A DNA stretch of 39,958 bases from an uncultured Verrucomicrobiota bacterium (GCA_903905395.1 CAIVGD010000325.1:1-39958); one strand, 5' to 3'. Shown: positions 27,149 to 36,867, numbered from the stretch's first letter. Program-made: numbers and translations. Notes: generated by a model from the letters alone, not told the origin.

Positions 27149-30100
27149 ATGAAGACACAAAAGGTTGGGGCACGGTGGAGCTTGGATGGCAACGAGGCCG
27201 CGGCGAGTGTCGCCTACCGGCTCAGCGAAACGATCGCCCTTTACCCGATCACCCCTTCGACATCGATGGGGGAACTTTCCGACGAGTGGGCATCGAAAGG
27301 GACGAAAAACCTGTGGGGGCATGTCCCGAGAATTGTTGAAATGCAGTCCGAGGCAGGTGCGGCCGGCGCAGTACACGGGATGCTCCAAGGCGGGTCGCTT
27401 TCGACCACGTTCACCGCTTCACAGGGCCTGCTCCTTATGATTCCGATAATGTATAAGCTGGCGGGGCAGTTGATGCCGTTTTGCATGCATGTGGCGGCGC
27501 GGTCGCTGGCCACCCATGCGCTCTCGATTTTTGGCGATCACTCGGATGTTATGGCCGTGCGGCAGACTGGGTTTGCGCTGTTGGCATCGGCCAGCGTACA
27601 GGAGGCTCACGACATGGCCTGCATCGCGCACGCGGCGACGCTTCCTTCGCGTGTGCCGTTCCTGCATTTCTTCGACGGATTCCGGACTTCCCACGAGATT
27701 AACGACCTCGAGATGATCTCCGACGATGTCCTGCGCGCGATGGTGGACGAAGGCGCCATCCGCGCCCACGCCCGCCGCGCGATGACTCCCGATCGTCCGA
27801 CCATCCGCGGCACCGCCCAGAACCCCGATGCTTTCTTTCAGGCGCGTGAAGCGGCGAATCCGTTTTATGCGGCCTTACCCGAGATCGTCCAAGAGGCGAT
27901 GCTCCGGTTCGCATCGCTGACCGGGCGGACGTATCATCTTTTTGATTACACGGGGGATCCTGAAGCCGAGCGCGTGGTCGTGGTCATGGGCTCCGGCGGC
28001 GAGACCCTGCTCGAGACCTCCCGCCACCTAAATCACATCGGCCAGCGCACCGGCGTGCTTCAGGTCCGGCTTTATCGCCCGTTCGATGCCGGAGCATTTC
28101 TCAACGCCCTGCCGGATAGTGTAAGGCATATCACGGTTCTCGACCGCACCAAGGAACCCGGCGCTCCCGGCGAACCGCTCTTCCTGGACGTATCTTCCGT
28201 TGTGCGGGCAAAAGGTGGGGCCAAATGGAAAGAGCTTCCGCGAGTGACCGGCGGACGATTCGGTCTTGCCTCGAAAGAATTCACACCGGCGATGGCGGTG
28301 GCCGTGTTTGCAGAAATGCAGGCGGCCACTCCCAAGGAAGAATTCACGGTCGGAATCGAAGATGACGTGAGCGGGCTCTCTCTCCGCTACGACAAGGATT
28401 TTCAACTTCCCGGGCAGACGTTCGCGCAGGCGGTTTTTTTCGGTTTGGGATCGGATGGCACGGTCGGTGCGAACAAGAACACCATCAAGATCATTGCCAA
28501 GAAGCTTGGCCTGCACGCCCAGGCGTATTTCGTTTACGATTCCAAGAAGGCGGGCGCGGTGACGGTCTCGCACCTGCGTTTTGGAAAAGAGCCGATCCAT
28601 GCGCCCTATCTCGTGGAGGCGGCGGATTTCGTCGGCTGTCACCAGTATCATCTTCTCGAGCAACAGCCCGTCATCGACGCGGCCCGCGAGGGTGCGATCT
28701 TCCTCCTCAACACCCCTCACAGCGCCGATACCGCCTGGGACCACCTCTCTCGCGAGTCGCAGGAGATGATCCTATCGAAAAAGTTGAAATTCTACGTCAT
28801 CGATGCCTACAAGATTGCGCGTGATACCGGAATGGGCGCCCGCATCAATACAATCATGCAAGTCGCTTACTTCACGCTGAGTGACATCCTCCCGCTTGAT
28901 CAGGCGATCGCCGAGATCAAACACGCGATCGAGACCAGCTATGCCCGCAAGGGAGCCGACCTCGTGCAGAAGAACTGGAATGCCGTGGACAAGTCGGTCG
29001 AGGGCGTTCATCAGGTCGTCGTTCCGACGGAGGCCACCGCCACATGGCCGCGGCCGTTTCCGATTCCGCTCGAGGCGCCGGAATGCGTGCGCTCCCTTTC
29101 CGGCCCCCTGCTTGCTGGACGGGGCGACGCGCTCCCAGTCAGCGCCTTTCCGCCTGATGGCGTTTGGCCGACTGGAACCAGCAAATGGGAAAAGCGCAAT
29201 CTCGCGCTCGAACTGCCGGTGTGGGATCCCAAGATCTGCATTCAGTGCAACAAATGCGTGATCGTCTGTCCGCACGCTGCGATCCGCGCAAAATATTATC
29301 CGGAGGATTCGCTCGCCGGTGCTCCGGAGACCTTCCAATCGATTGCTTTCCGTTCGACCGAACTCCCGGGCCAGCGCTACACGATTCAGGTCGCTCCGGA
29401 AGACTGCACAGGTTGCCGGCTCTGCATCAATGTCTGCCCGGCGAAGGACAAATCGAATGCCAAGCACAAGGCCCTCGACGCCGCCCCGCAGGCTCCTTTG
29501 CGCGATCAGGAACGTATCAATTTCGCATTCTTCGAGGCCCTGCCGGTACCGGACCGCACCAGATTGAAGGCTGATAGTGTGAAGGACAGCCAGTTCTTCA
29601 CGCCGCTCTTCGAATATTCCGGTGCCTGCGTAGGCTGTGGCGAGACGGCGTATGTCAAGTTACTCACCCAGCTTTTCGGCGATCGCGCGATCATCGCGAA
29701 CGCCACCGGGTGTTCGTCCATCTACGGGGGCAACCTGCCGACCACACCCTACACCGTGAACGGCGACGGGCGCGGTCCGGCTTGGGCAAATTCGCTCTTC
29801 GAGGACAACGCGGAGTTCGGGCTCGGGCTTCGGGTTTCGGTTTCGGACAAGGAATCGCAGGCCCGCGAAATTCTGCTGGCATCAAGGGAAGCGGTGGGCG
29901 CGGAGTTTGTGGATGGGATACTGAAGGCGGACCAATCCACCGAGGCGGGGATCGCGGAACAACGTTCCCGTGTTGTGGAATTGCGCAACCGACTCGACAG
30001 GCTTCCGGAAAATCTTCGGGCACGCTTCGACGAGCTCGCCGAATATCTGGTGAAAAAATCCGTTTGGATCGTCGGCGGCGACGGCTGGGCCTACGACATC

Positions 30101-30718
30101 GGGTTCGGCGGTCTCGATCATGTGCTTTCGCTTGGCGAGAATATCAACATCCTCGTTCTCGACACTGAGGTCTATTCGAACACCGGAGGGCAGGCATCGA
30201 AATCAACGCCGACCGGCGCGGTGGCGAAGTTTGCAGTATCGGGCAAGAGTCAGGCCAAAAAGGATCTCGGCCTTTACGCGATGAGCTACGGAGGGGTCTA
30301 TGTGGCCAAGATCGCGCTGGGCGCAAAAGATTCACAGACGGTAAAGGCGTTTGCCGAGGCGGAATCGTATCCGGGCACCTCGCTGATCATCGCCTATAGC
30401 CACTGTATTGCCCACGGATACAATCTGGTCCACGGGCTGGATCAGCAGAAACTGGCGGTGGATACCGGCTACTGGCCACTCTATAGGCACGACCCGCGCC
30501 GGGAGGCGCAGGGGCTCACGCCGCTGGTCCTCGACTCTCCTGCACCCAAGCTCCCCCTCTCGCGATTCACCGAGAATGAGATTCGCTACCGGTTTTTGGA
30601 AGCAACCAATCAAGAGCGCGCCACCGCGCTCGCCCAGGACGCACAAAAACAGATCAACGTTCGCTACGAACTGTATCGTCGCATGGCCGCCAGCGGTCTG
30701 CCGGAAAAAACCTCATGA
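27149..30718 (+). CDS. nifJ: Pyruvate:ferredoxin (flavodoxin) oxidoreductase, single-chain type
   Basis: DGNEAAA, YPITPS, EMQSEAGAAG, FFDGFRTSHE, GSDGTVGANK, two CxxCxxCxxxCP motifs, GACVGCGET, GGDGWAYDIG, EVYSNTGGQ. Confidence 0.97.
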   Translation: MKTQKVGARWSLDGNEAAASVAYRLSETIALYPITPSTSMGELSDEWASKGTKNLWGHVPRIVEMQSEAGAAGAVHGMLQGGSLSTTFTASQGLLLMIPIMYKLAGQLMPFCMHVAARSLATHALSIFGDHSDVMAVRQTGFALLASASVQEAHDMACIAHAATLPSRVPFLHFFDGFRTSHEINDLEMISDDVLRAMVDEGAIRAHARRAMTPDRPTIRGTAQNPDAFFQAREAANPFYAALPEIVQEAMLRFASLTGRTYHLFDYTGDPEAERVVVVMGSGGETLLETSRHLNHIGQRTGVLQVRLYRPFDAGAFLNALPDSVRHITVLDRTKEPGAPGEPLFLDVSSVVRAKGGAKWKELPRVTGGRFGLASKEFTPAMAVAVFAEMQAATPKEEFTVGIEDDVSGLSLRYDKDFQLPGQTFAQAVFFGLGSDGTVGANKNTIKIIAKKLGLHAQAYFVYDSKKAGAVTVSHLRFGKEPIHAPYLVEAADFVGCHQYHLLEQQPVIDAAREGAIFLLNTPHSADTAWDHLSRESQEMILSKKLKFYVIDAYKIARDTGMGARINTIMQVAYFTLSDILPLDQAIAEIKHAIETSYARKGADLVQKNWNAVDKSVEGVHQVVVPTEATATWPRPFPIPLEAPECVRSLSGPLLAGRGDALPVSAFPPDGVWPTGTSKWEKRNLALELPVWDPKICIQCNKCVIVCPHAAIRAKYYPEDSLAGAPETFQSIAFRSTELPGQRYTIQVAPEDCTGCRLCINVCPAKDKSNAKHKALDAAPQAPLRDQERINFAFFEALPVPDRTRLKADSVKDSQFFTPLFEYSGACVGCGETAYVKLLTQLFGDRAIIANATGCSSIYGGNLPTTPYTVNGDGRGPAWANSLFEDNAEFGLGLRVSVSDKESQAREILLASREAVGAEFVDGILKADQSTEAGIAEQRSRVVELRNRLDRLPENLRARFDELAEYLVKKSVWIVGGDGWAYDIGFGGLDHVLSLGENINILVLDTEVYSNTGGQASKSTPTGAVAKFAVSGKSQAKKDLGLYAMSYGGVYVAKIALGAKDSQTVKAFAEAESYPGTSLIIAYSHCIAHGYNLVHGLDQQKLAVDTGYWPLYRHDPRREAQGLTPLVLDSPAPKLPLSRFTENEIRYRFLEATNQERATALAQDAQKQINVRYELYRRMAASGLPEKTS

Positions 30719-31707
30719 AACTAACCACCAACTATCTCGGATTAGAACTGAAATCTCCGTTCGTAATTGGAGCTTCGCCGATGAGCGATAATCTCGACTC
30801 GGCAAAACAGGCTGAAGACCACGGGGCATCCGCGCTGGTCATGCATTCGCTCTTCGAGGAACAACTGAGCAACGATTCCGCCGCGGTCGCAATGTTCACC
30901 GAGTCGACAGAGGAATCCAATGCCGAGGCTTTGAGCTATTTCCCGGACTCCTCCGATTACGCGTTGGGCCCCGAGGAGTACCTCAACCATATCGCCCGTC
31001 TTAAGAGCCAGCTCTCGATTCCCGTGATCGCCTCGCTTAACGGGAGCACTTCTGGCGGCTGGATCGGCCATGCGAAATTCATGGAGGAGGCCGGAGCGGA
31101 TGCCATCGAGCTCAATATTTACGAGGTTCCGACCGATTCAGAGGAAAGCGGATCGGAACTTGAAACCCGGGTATTGGAGGTAGTGGCCGGGGTGCGTGAG
31201 AAGGTGAAAATTCCGGTCTCGGTGAAACTTTCCCCGTTCTACTCCTCCCTGCCCAATTTCACAAAAAACATTCATCTCGCGGGTGCGAATGGGCTGGTGC
31301 TCTTTAATCGCTTTTACCAGCCGGACCTCGACATCGAAGATCTGAACGTCGAACCGAAGCTCTTCCTTTCCACTTCCTCCGAACTGCTCTTGCGCCTCCG
31401 TTGGATGGCTGTTCTTTATGGAAAAACCCCGATCTCTCTCGCGCTCAGCGGCGGTGTCCACACGGCTCACGATGCGATCAAGGGCATCATGGCCGGAGCG
31501 GATGTTTTGCAAGTGGTCTCCTTGGTTCTGCGTCATGGATCGCAGGCTCTCGATACCCTCATCAATGACTTTACGCGCTGGATGGAGGAGCACGATTACA
31601 AGGATGTCACCGAGATGCGCGGATGTTTAAGCCATCAAAATTCGCCAGATCCTGCCGCTATCGAGCGCGCAAATTACCTCCGCATTCTCCAACTCTGGAA
31701 GGTCTGA
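30715..31707 (+). CDS. Dihydroorotate dehydrogenase-like FMN protein (PFOR-associated)
   Basis: YLGLELKSP, SLFEEQ, IPVIASLNG, GADAIELN, VKLSPF, LFNRFYQPD, ERANY; ATGA overlap with nifJ. Confidence 0.88.
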   Translation: MKLTTNYLGLELKSPFVIGASPMSDNLDSAKQAEDHGASALVMHSLFEEQLSNDSAAVAMFTESTEESNAEALSYFPDSSDYALGPEEYLNHIARLKSQLSIPVIASLNGSTSGGWIGHAKFMEEAGADAIELNIYEVPTDSEESGSELETRVLEVVAGVREKVKIPVSVKLSPFYSSLPNFTKNIHLAGANGLVLFNRFYQPDLDIEDLNVEPKLFLSTSSELLLRLRWMAVLYGKTPISLALSGGVHTAHDAIKGIMAGADVLQVVSLVLRHGSQALDTLINDFTRWMEEHDYKDVTEMRGCLSHQNSPDPAAIERANYLRILQLWKV

Positions 31708-31774
31708 GAATCCGTTACCCGGGGGGGGGTAGTGGCGGGATGGCGAAGCGGGGCGGCGGAGCTACTCTTTTGGG

Positions 31775-32680
31775 ATGAATTTTTTTCGCCGGTACGGGAG
31801 GGGAATCCTCGTGGCCTTTGGGGGATTGGGTGTGGTGGCGGCGGGTGGGGTGTGGTTGGCGGCGAGTTTTTTGGTGGACCTTGCCATTCACGTGCCTCCG
31901 ACCGCTCGACCGGCGTTGAATCCATCCCGACTGGGGATGACTTGCGAAGAGGTGGAATTTAAAACGGAGGACGGCTTTCGAATATCGGCTTGGTGGTTGC
32001 CCGAAGGGGGAAAGGGGAATCCGCCGATCGTGGTTCTGCACGGGTTGGGAGCGAGCAAGGCCCATATGATCGACTACCTGCTATTTGCCCAGAAGGAGGG
32101 TTATCCGGTTTTGGCGATCGATTTTCGCGGGCATGGTACGAGCGATCCGAGTCTGACGAGTATCGGTTTTTACGAGAGCCGGGATGTGAAAGCGGCGATG
32201 AAGTTTGTGCGGGGGCGCGGCGCGGGAGACCCGGTCCTCTGGGGAACCTCCATGGGGGCGGTTTCGGCTTTGCTGGCGGCGGCGGAGGATGGGTCGGTGG
32301 CGGGGGTGATCGCGGATGCCCCGTTTGATACGTATCGGAACACGATCCGGCATCATGCAAAGTTGATGTACGGCTTGTCGGAATTTCCTTTGATCACATT
32401 GGCGATGCCGATGATCGAAGAGCGGGCGAAATTTAATGTGGATGAGGTGGATGCCTTGAAAGCCGCCGCGCGGATCCGGGCGCCGATGCTGGTGATGGCG
32501 GCGGAGCGAGATCACCGGATGGAGCCGAGCATGGTGCGGAGGATTTACGAAAAGGCGGCGGGTCCGAAGGAGTTTTGGATCATTCCTGGGGAGGGACACG
32601 AGGCGCGTAATTTTGGTGATGATTTTCGGAATCACATTCGTGCCTTTTTACAACGTCTGCGGATATGTCCCGGGGTCTGA
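31775..32680 (+). CDS. Membrane-anchored alpha/beta hydrolase
   Basis: N-terminal TM helix, LHG, DFRGHG, nucleophile elbow GTSMG, Asp in ERD, His in EGH. Confidence 0.88.
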   Translation: MNFFRRYGRGILVAFGGLGVVAAGGVWLAASFLVDLAIHVPPTARPALNPSRLGMTCEEVEFKTEDGFRISAWWLPEGGKGNPPIVVLHGLGASKAHMIDYLLFAQKEGYPVLAIDFRGHGTSDPSLTSIGFYESRDVKAAMKFVRGRGAGDPVLWGTSMGAVSALLAAAEDGSVAGVIADAPFDTYRNTIRHHAKLMYGLSEFPLITLAMPMIEERAKFNVDEVDALKAAARIRAPMLVMAAERDHRMEPSMVRRIYEKAAGPKEFWIIPGEGHEARNFGDDFRNHIRAFLQRLRICPGV

Positions 32681-32691
32681 CCCCGATATCC
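32661..32691. repeat. Palindrome CGGGGTC-T-GACCCCG with outer GGATAT/ATATCC arms
   Basis: Perfect 7-bp stem at 32671-32685 that contains the hydrolase stop codon; shares TCTGACCCC with the 8082, 8166 and 36854 motif. Confidence 0.55.
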
Positions 32692-32735
32692 TTGGGATGG
32701 CGTGGGGGCGGGGTGGTGGCAGAGTTGGGGGCGTT

Positions 32736-34412
32736 ATGTTAAGGCGCTTGCGAATCAAAAATCTGGCGGTAGTGGAGGAACTCGAGTGGGAACTGGAGAA
32801 GGGTTTTAATGCCCTGACGGGGGAAACGGGCGCGGGCAAATCGATTTTGGTGGATGCCTTTCTTCTTTTACTGGGGGAGAGGGGGGACCGCGGATTGGTG
32901 CGGACGGGCGCTGAGGGGTGTCTGGTCGAGGGAGAACTCGGCGGCGCCGGCAAATTCAAGGAGTGGTTGGAGGAGAAGGGGGTGGAGTCGGATCCGGAAG
33001 GGACGCTGGTGATTAAAAGACAGATTGGGATGGCGGGGGCGGGTCGGCAGTTCCTCAACGGGTCGGCGGTGACTTTGGCGGTTTTAAAAGAGTTGGGCGA
33101 TCGGCTGGTCGATCTGCACGGGCCGCATGATCACCAGACATTACTTTCTCCTTCGGCCCAGAGGTCGGCGCTCGATGGATTTGCGGGGTTGGGGAAGGTG
33201 GTCGAAGACGTGAGGTTGGCTTGGAGGGAGAAAAAGGTGGCGGAAGAAACAATGGAAGCCTTCCGGCATCGGATGGCCGGGGCAGACGGGGCGACTCGGG
33301 AATTAATAGATCACCAGGTGAAGGAGCTGGAGTCGGCGCAACTGCGTCTGGGGGAGGACGAGCAGTTGGAGCGGGACCATGCGGCGGCGGGACATGGGCG
33401 CAGAATCGTCGAATTGGCGGCGGAAGTGAGTGGTCAACTGGAGGGTGGAGAGGAAAACGCCCTGCAAAATCTGGGTAAGGTGCAAAAGGCGCTCGTGGAG
33501 TGGGAGCGTCTGGACGGCGCGGCGCGCGAATTACGGGAAAAGAACGAGCAGGCCGTGGAATCTTTGCGGGAGTTGGCCCACGAGGCGGAACGGAGGGCGG
33601 AGCAGGTGGGGTTAGATGCGGAAAGGTTGGCGGAATTGGAGGCGCGGCTGAACTTGCTTCTCGGTTTACAGAAAAAATACGGAGGGAGCGTGGAGTCAGC
33701 GTTGGCAAAACTGTCCGCCTTGAAAATAAGGCAAGCGGAATTGGCCGATGCGGAGGGGACCGAACGGGAGCTGGGGCAGGCGGTGGAGCGGGCTGCGCAG
33801 AGGCATCTCGAGGCGAGCACAAAACTGGGGAAGGAAAGGGCCAAGGCGGCGCCAAAATTCGCGGCGGAGGTGACGGAGCAACTGCGGGGGTTGGGTTTCA
33901 AGCAGAGCCGGTTGGAGGTGGCCGTGCAAAAACTGGATGTCGCGGGAGCGGAGGGAGGAGAGACGATCGAGATGATGTTCGCCCCCAACCCAGGAGAGCC
34001 GCCGCGTCCGTTGAGGGCGATTGCTTCCAGCGGAGAGATGTCCCGGGTGATGCTGGGTCTCAAGACGGTCATGGCGGAAAGGGACGAGGTGCCGATCCTG
34101 ATTTTCGACGAGGTGGATGCGAATGTGGGAGGGGAAACGGCGGTGGTGGTGGCTACCCGGTTGCGCGATTTGGGGCGGACACATCAAGTGCTGTGTCTGA
34201 CACATTTGCCAGCGGTGGCTGCGGTGGCGGATGCGCATTTCTGCGTGACGAAGACGGTGGAGAAGGGAAGGACGTTTGCGCGGCTGGATCGGGTGCAGGG
34301 GGAGGATAGGGAGAAGGAGTTGAGCCGGATGCTGGGCGGGGATGGGAAGGCGGCGCGAGCTATGGCGAAGGAATTGCTGACACAGGGGAAGGTGAAAGCC
34401 GCCAAGGGATAG
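32736..34412 (+). CDS. recN: DNA repair protein RecN
   Basis: LRIKNLAVV, Walker A TGETGAGKS, LHGPHDHQ, coiled coil, ASSGEMSR, IFDEVDANVGG, THLPAVA. Confidence 0.96.
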   Translation: MLRRLRIKNLAVVEELEWELEKGFNALTGETGAGKSILVDAFLLLLGERGDRGLVRTGAEGCLVEGELGGAGKFKEWLEEKGVESDPEGTLVIKRQIGMAGAGRQFLNGSAVTLAVLKELGDRLVDLHGPHDHQTLLSPSAQRSALDGFAGLGKVVEDVRLAWREKKVAEETMEAFRHRMAGADGATRELIDHQVKELESAQLRLGEDEQLERDHAAAGHGRRIVELAAEVSGQLEGGEENALQNLGKVQKALVEWERLDGAARELREKNEQAVESLRELAHEAERRAEQVGLDAERLAELEARLNLLLGLQKKYGGSVESALAKLSALKIRQAELADAEGTERELGQAVERAAQRHLEASTKLGKERAKAAPKFAAEVTEQLRGLGFKQSRLEVAVQKLDVAGAEGGETIEMMFAPNPGEPPRPLRAIASSGEMSRVMLGLKTVMAERDEVPILIFDEVDANVGGETAVVVATRLRDLGRTHQVLCLTHLPAVAAVADAHFCVTKTVEKGRTFARLDRVQGEDREKELSRMLGGDGKAARAMAKELLTQGKVKAAKG

Positions 34413-34446
34413 CGGGTGTCCGAGAAGTGATTCCGGACTCTTGGGA

Positions 34447-35310
34447 TTAAAGTTTCAGGACAACCGGATCGCCGACTTTGGCGCCGAGTTCGTGGGCGGC
34501 GTTGCCATTGCCGATGGCGATTTCCAATTCTCCGTCGCTGTTGATGAGGGCGAAGGGACGGTCGGCTGGCGCTTCGGCGTAGGTACGGAGGAAAGGAAGA
34601 GAAACATTTCTTCCCTTGATGGCGACGCTGAGGAGTTGACCGGTCTTTAGCTTGCCGATTTCAGATCCAGGGATGTTGGTGAGGATGTTGCCGTAATGGT
34701 CGATGTAAAGGATCTGACCCTTGGCGAGATTGGCCATGACCGTGGCGGTGTTGCGGGGCAGACGGAGAATCTTTTCGGCTTTTGGGCCGCAGGATTCGAT
34801 GGAGGAATTGCCGAGAATGTGGGCGGCGGCCGGGCCGAAAATATCGCGGGCATGGAAGGTAGCGGAGGTTGTGCCGGGGAGCCGGAGTTTTTCGTTCTGG
34901 AGCAATCGGACATCGGCCAATCCCTCGCGGGCGATTACTTCCGTGAGGATGCCGTTATCTGGGGCGATGTAGATGCGGCCGGCGTTGGTGCGGAGGACGA
35001 GGGCTCCGCGGCCGGAGCCGACCCCGGGATCGACCACGGCGATGATCACAGTGCCGGGGGGGAGAGTTCTGGTGGATTTGGCGAGAATGTAAGAGGCGGT
35101 GGAGATGTCGAAGGCGGCGTTATCGTGGGAGAGGTCCATGATATCGGCGGAGGGGCGGAGGGATTTGATCGCGCCTTTGAGTTGGGCGACATAGGGGTCG
35201 CCAGAGCCAAAATCGGTAAAGAGGGCGATGATATTGCTCACGCGACCGTAAGGTTGGCATCCCGCTAGCAGGGGGAAAAGAGCAACGAGGAGAAGAAGGA
35301 AGCGCGGCAT
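34447..35310 (-). CDS. SAM hydroxide adenosyltransferase (DUF62; chlorinase/fluorinase superfamily), predicted lipoprotein
   Basis: TDFG...YV, VVDPGVGSGR, APDNG, TFHARDIF, IDHYGN, NSDGELEIA; N-terminus MPRFLLLLVALFPLLAGC carries a lipobox. Confidence 0.88.
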   Translation of the reverse strand: MPRFLLLLVALFPLLAGCQPYGRVSNIIALFTDFGSGDPYVAQLKGAIKSLRPSADIMDLSHDNAAFDISTASYILAKSTRTLPPGTVIIAVVDPGVGSGRGALVLRTNAGRIYIAPDNGILTEVIAREGLADVRLLQNEKLRLPGTTSATFHARDIFGPAAAHILGNSSIESCGPKAEKILRLPRNTATVMANLAKGQILYIDHYGNILTNIPGSEIGKLKTGQLLSVAIKGRNVSLPFLRTYAEAPADRPFALINSDGELEIAIGNGNAAHELGAKVGDPVVLKL

Positions 35311-35313
35311 GGT

Positions 35314-35685
35314 TTATTTTTTTTCAGGATCGGACTCCGGGGAGTTGATCAGATCCCAGAATTTCGGATTTTCGGCAAGAACTTCATCCTCCGATAGGGG
35401 GAGTTGGGAACGGAAGGCAAAATCCTTGAGTGAGTTTTTGTGGAGGACGCGGTGGATGACGAGGCCTTTGTCCGTTTTTTCAAAATAGATGCGGTATTCC
35501 CCGGCGCGGTAGCGGTAGAGGGTGCGGTCGGGTCGGCGAACTATGCCGAAGCGGTCGGGATGTTTTTGGAGGAAGTCGGCAGTGAGGACGTCGAATTCGC
35601 GGAGGACCTCGATTTGCAGGGGGGTGGGGAGCTGGGTGATTTCGGCCGAGCTGGCGGGTGTGAAAATAATCTGAAAGGTGGCCAT
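35314..35685 (-). CDS. RelE/ParE-fold protein without an adjacent antitoxin
   Basis: From ATG 35685: MATFQIIFTPASSAEITQLP...LYRYRAGEYRIYF...VIHRVLH (RelE-like core) plus an acidic C-terminal tail. Confidence 0.7.
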   Translation of the reverse strand: MATFQIIFTPASSAEITQLPTPLQIEVLREFDVLTADFLQKHPDRFGIVRRPDRTLYRYRAGEYRIYFEKTDKGLVIHRVLHKNSLKDFAFRSQLPLSEDEVLAENPKFWDLINSPESDPEKK

Positions 35686-35782
35686 TGGCGGATGAATCCT
35701 ATCGAAAGTGGGGAGGGAGGTCGAGAACGGAGGCTGCGGTTTGGGCGTGCGCAGAGAGGGGTTTTTCCTTAGAGCCGAAGGG

Positions 35783-36841
35783 ATGAAAGTGCATCCCGCC
35801 GGTAGGTTGATTGTCATGGGCCTGCCTGGGCCTGAGCTGACCGACGGACTGCGGGATCTGATTCGGCGAGTACAGCCGGGGGGATTTATTTTTTTCACGC
35901 GGAACATGGCGGAGGCGGGTCAGTTCCATGGTCTGGTTCGGGAGTGTGCGGATCTGCTTCATCATCCCGCGATCATGACGGTGGATCAGGAGGGGGGGAG
36001 GGTGGCGCGGTTGGCGGTATTGGGGGAGCGACCTCCTTCGGGTCAGGATTTGGCGCGGGCGGGGAAGGAGGAGTGGTTTTACGAGCATGGAAGGTTGACG
36101 GGGAGAGTGATGAAGCTGGTGGGGCTTAATTTGAATTTGGCGCCGGTCTTGGATTACGCACCGGAGGGGCGAGAGGGGGTGGACAATTCGCTCGCGGGGC
36201 GCTGTTTTGGAAAAAATCCAAAGGAGGTGATTCGCTGGGCTGGTGAGTTTTTGCGGGGGATGCAGGGGGAGGGGGTGAAGGGGACGGGAAAGCATTTTCC
36301 GGGTTACACATTTTGCGGGTTGGATCCGCATGGGGATCTGCCGTTGGTGGATCGGACGAAGAAAGAGATTGAGGCGGAGGAGTTATCGGTTTTTCGCGAG
36401 CTTGGGCCAAAGTGCGAGGCGATGATGGTGGGGCACGCGCAATTTCCGGCGTGGGGAAAAGATTCGGGACCGGCGAGTTTAAACCGGGATATCGTGACGG
36501 GGTTGCTCAAGGAAAAGATGGGATACTGGGGGTTGGTCATGACGGATGATCTGGAGATGGGGGCGATTGCGAATCGGTATGGGAGTGCGGAGGCCTCGCG
36601 CCAGGCAATTCGGGCTGGGGAGGAGATTTTGCTGATCTGTCATAACCCGGCTTGCGTGGAGATCGCGAGGGATGCGTTGGCGGAGATGCCTGAAAAGGAG
36701 TGGGAGGGTGCGATAGTCTCGGTGGAAAAATTTGGAAAGACTCTTCTTACTCCACCCGCGACATTCGAGCCAAAGGAGTGGAAGGAAGCGAACGAAGCCA
36801 CCCGTAAATTTCGCGAAAAAGTCCAAGCGGCTTGCGAGTGA
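35783..36841 (+). CDS. nagZ: Glycoside hydrolase family 3 beta-N-acetylhexosaminidase (NagZ-like)
   Basis: VDQEGGRV, NLAPVLD, KHFPG...DPH, MMVGH, MTDDLEMGA; single domain with no signal peptide. Confidence 0.85.
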   Translation: MKVHPAGRLIVMGLPGPELTDGLRDLIRRVQPGGFIFFTRNMAEAGQFHGLVRECADLLHHPAIMTVDQEGGRVARLAVLGERPPSGQDLARAGKEEWFYEHGRLTGRVMKLVGLNLNLAPVLDYAPEGREGVDNSLAGRCFGKNPKEVIRWAGEFLRGMQGEGVKGTGKHFPGYTFCGLDPHGDLPLVDRTKKEIEAEELSVFRELGPKCEAMMVGHAQFPAWGKDSGPASLNRDIVTGLLKEKMGYWGLVMTDDLEMGAIANRYGSAEASRQAIRAGEEILLICHNPACVEIARDALAEMPEKEWEGAIVSVEKFGKTLLTPPATFEPKEWKEANEATRKFREKVQAACE

Positions 36842-36853
36842 GGCGGCAAAATC

Positions 36854-36867
36854 CGACCTCTGACCCC
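36854..36867 (+). repeat. CGACCTCTGACCCC motif, third copy
   Basis: Exact match to 8082-8095 and 8166-8179; lies just before the C-rich block beginning at about 36885. Confidence 0.75.

Noticed and set aside
31721-31729. G9 run upstream of the alpha/beta hydrolase as a phase-variable promoter
   Set aside because: G-runs are common on this G-skewed strand and I could not place promoter elements around it.
34447-35310. Fluorinase or chlorinase assignment
   Set aside because: The Asp-Arg-His triad indicates the hydrolase (DUF62) branch, and no halometabolite genes are nearby.
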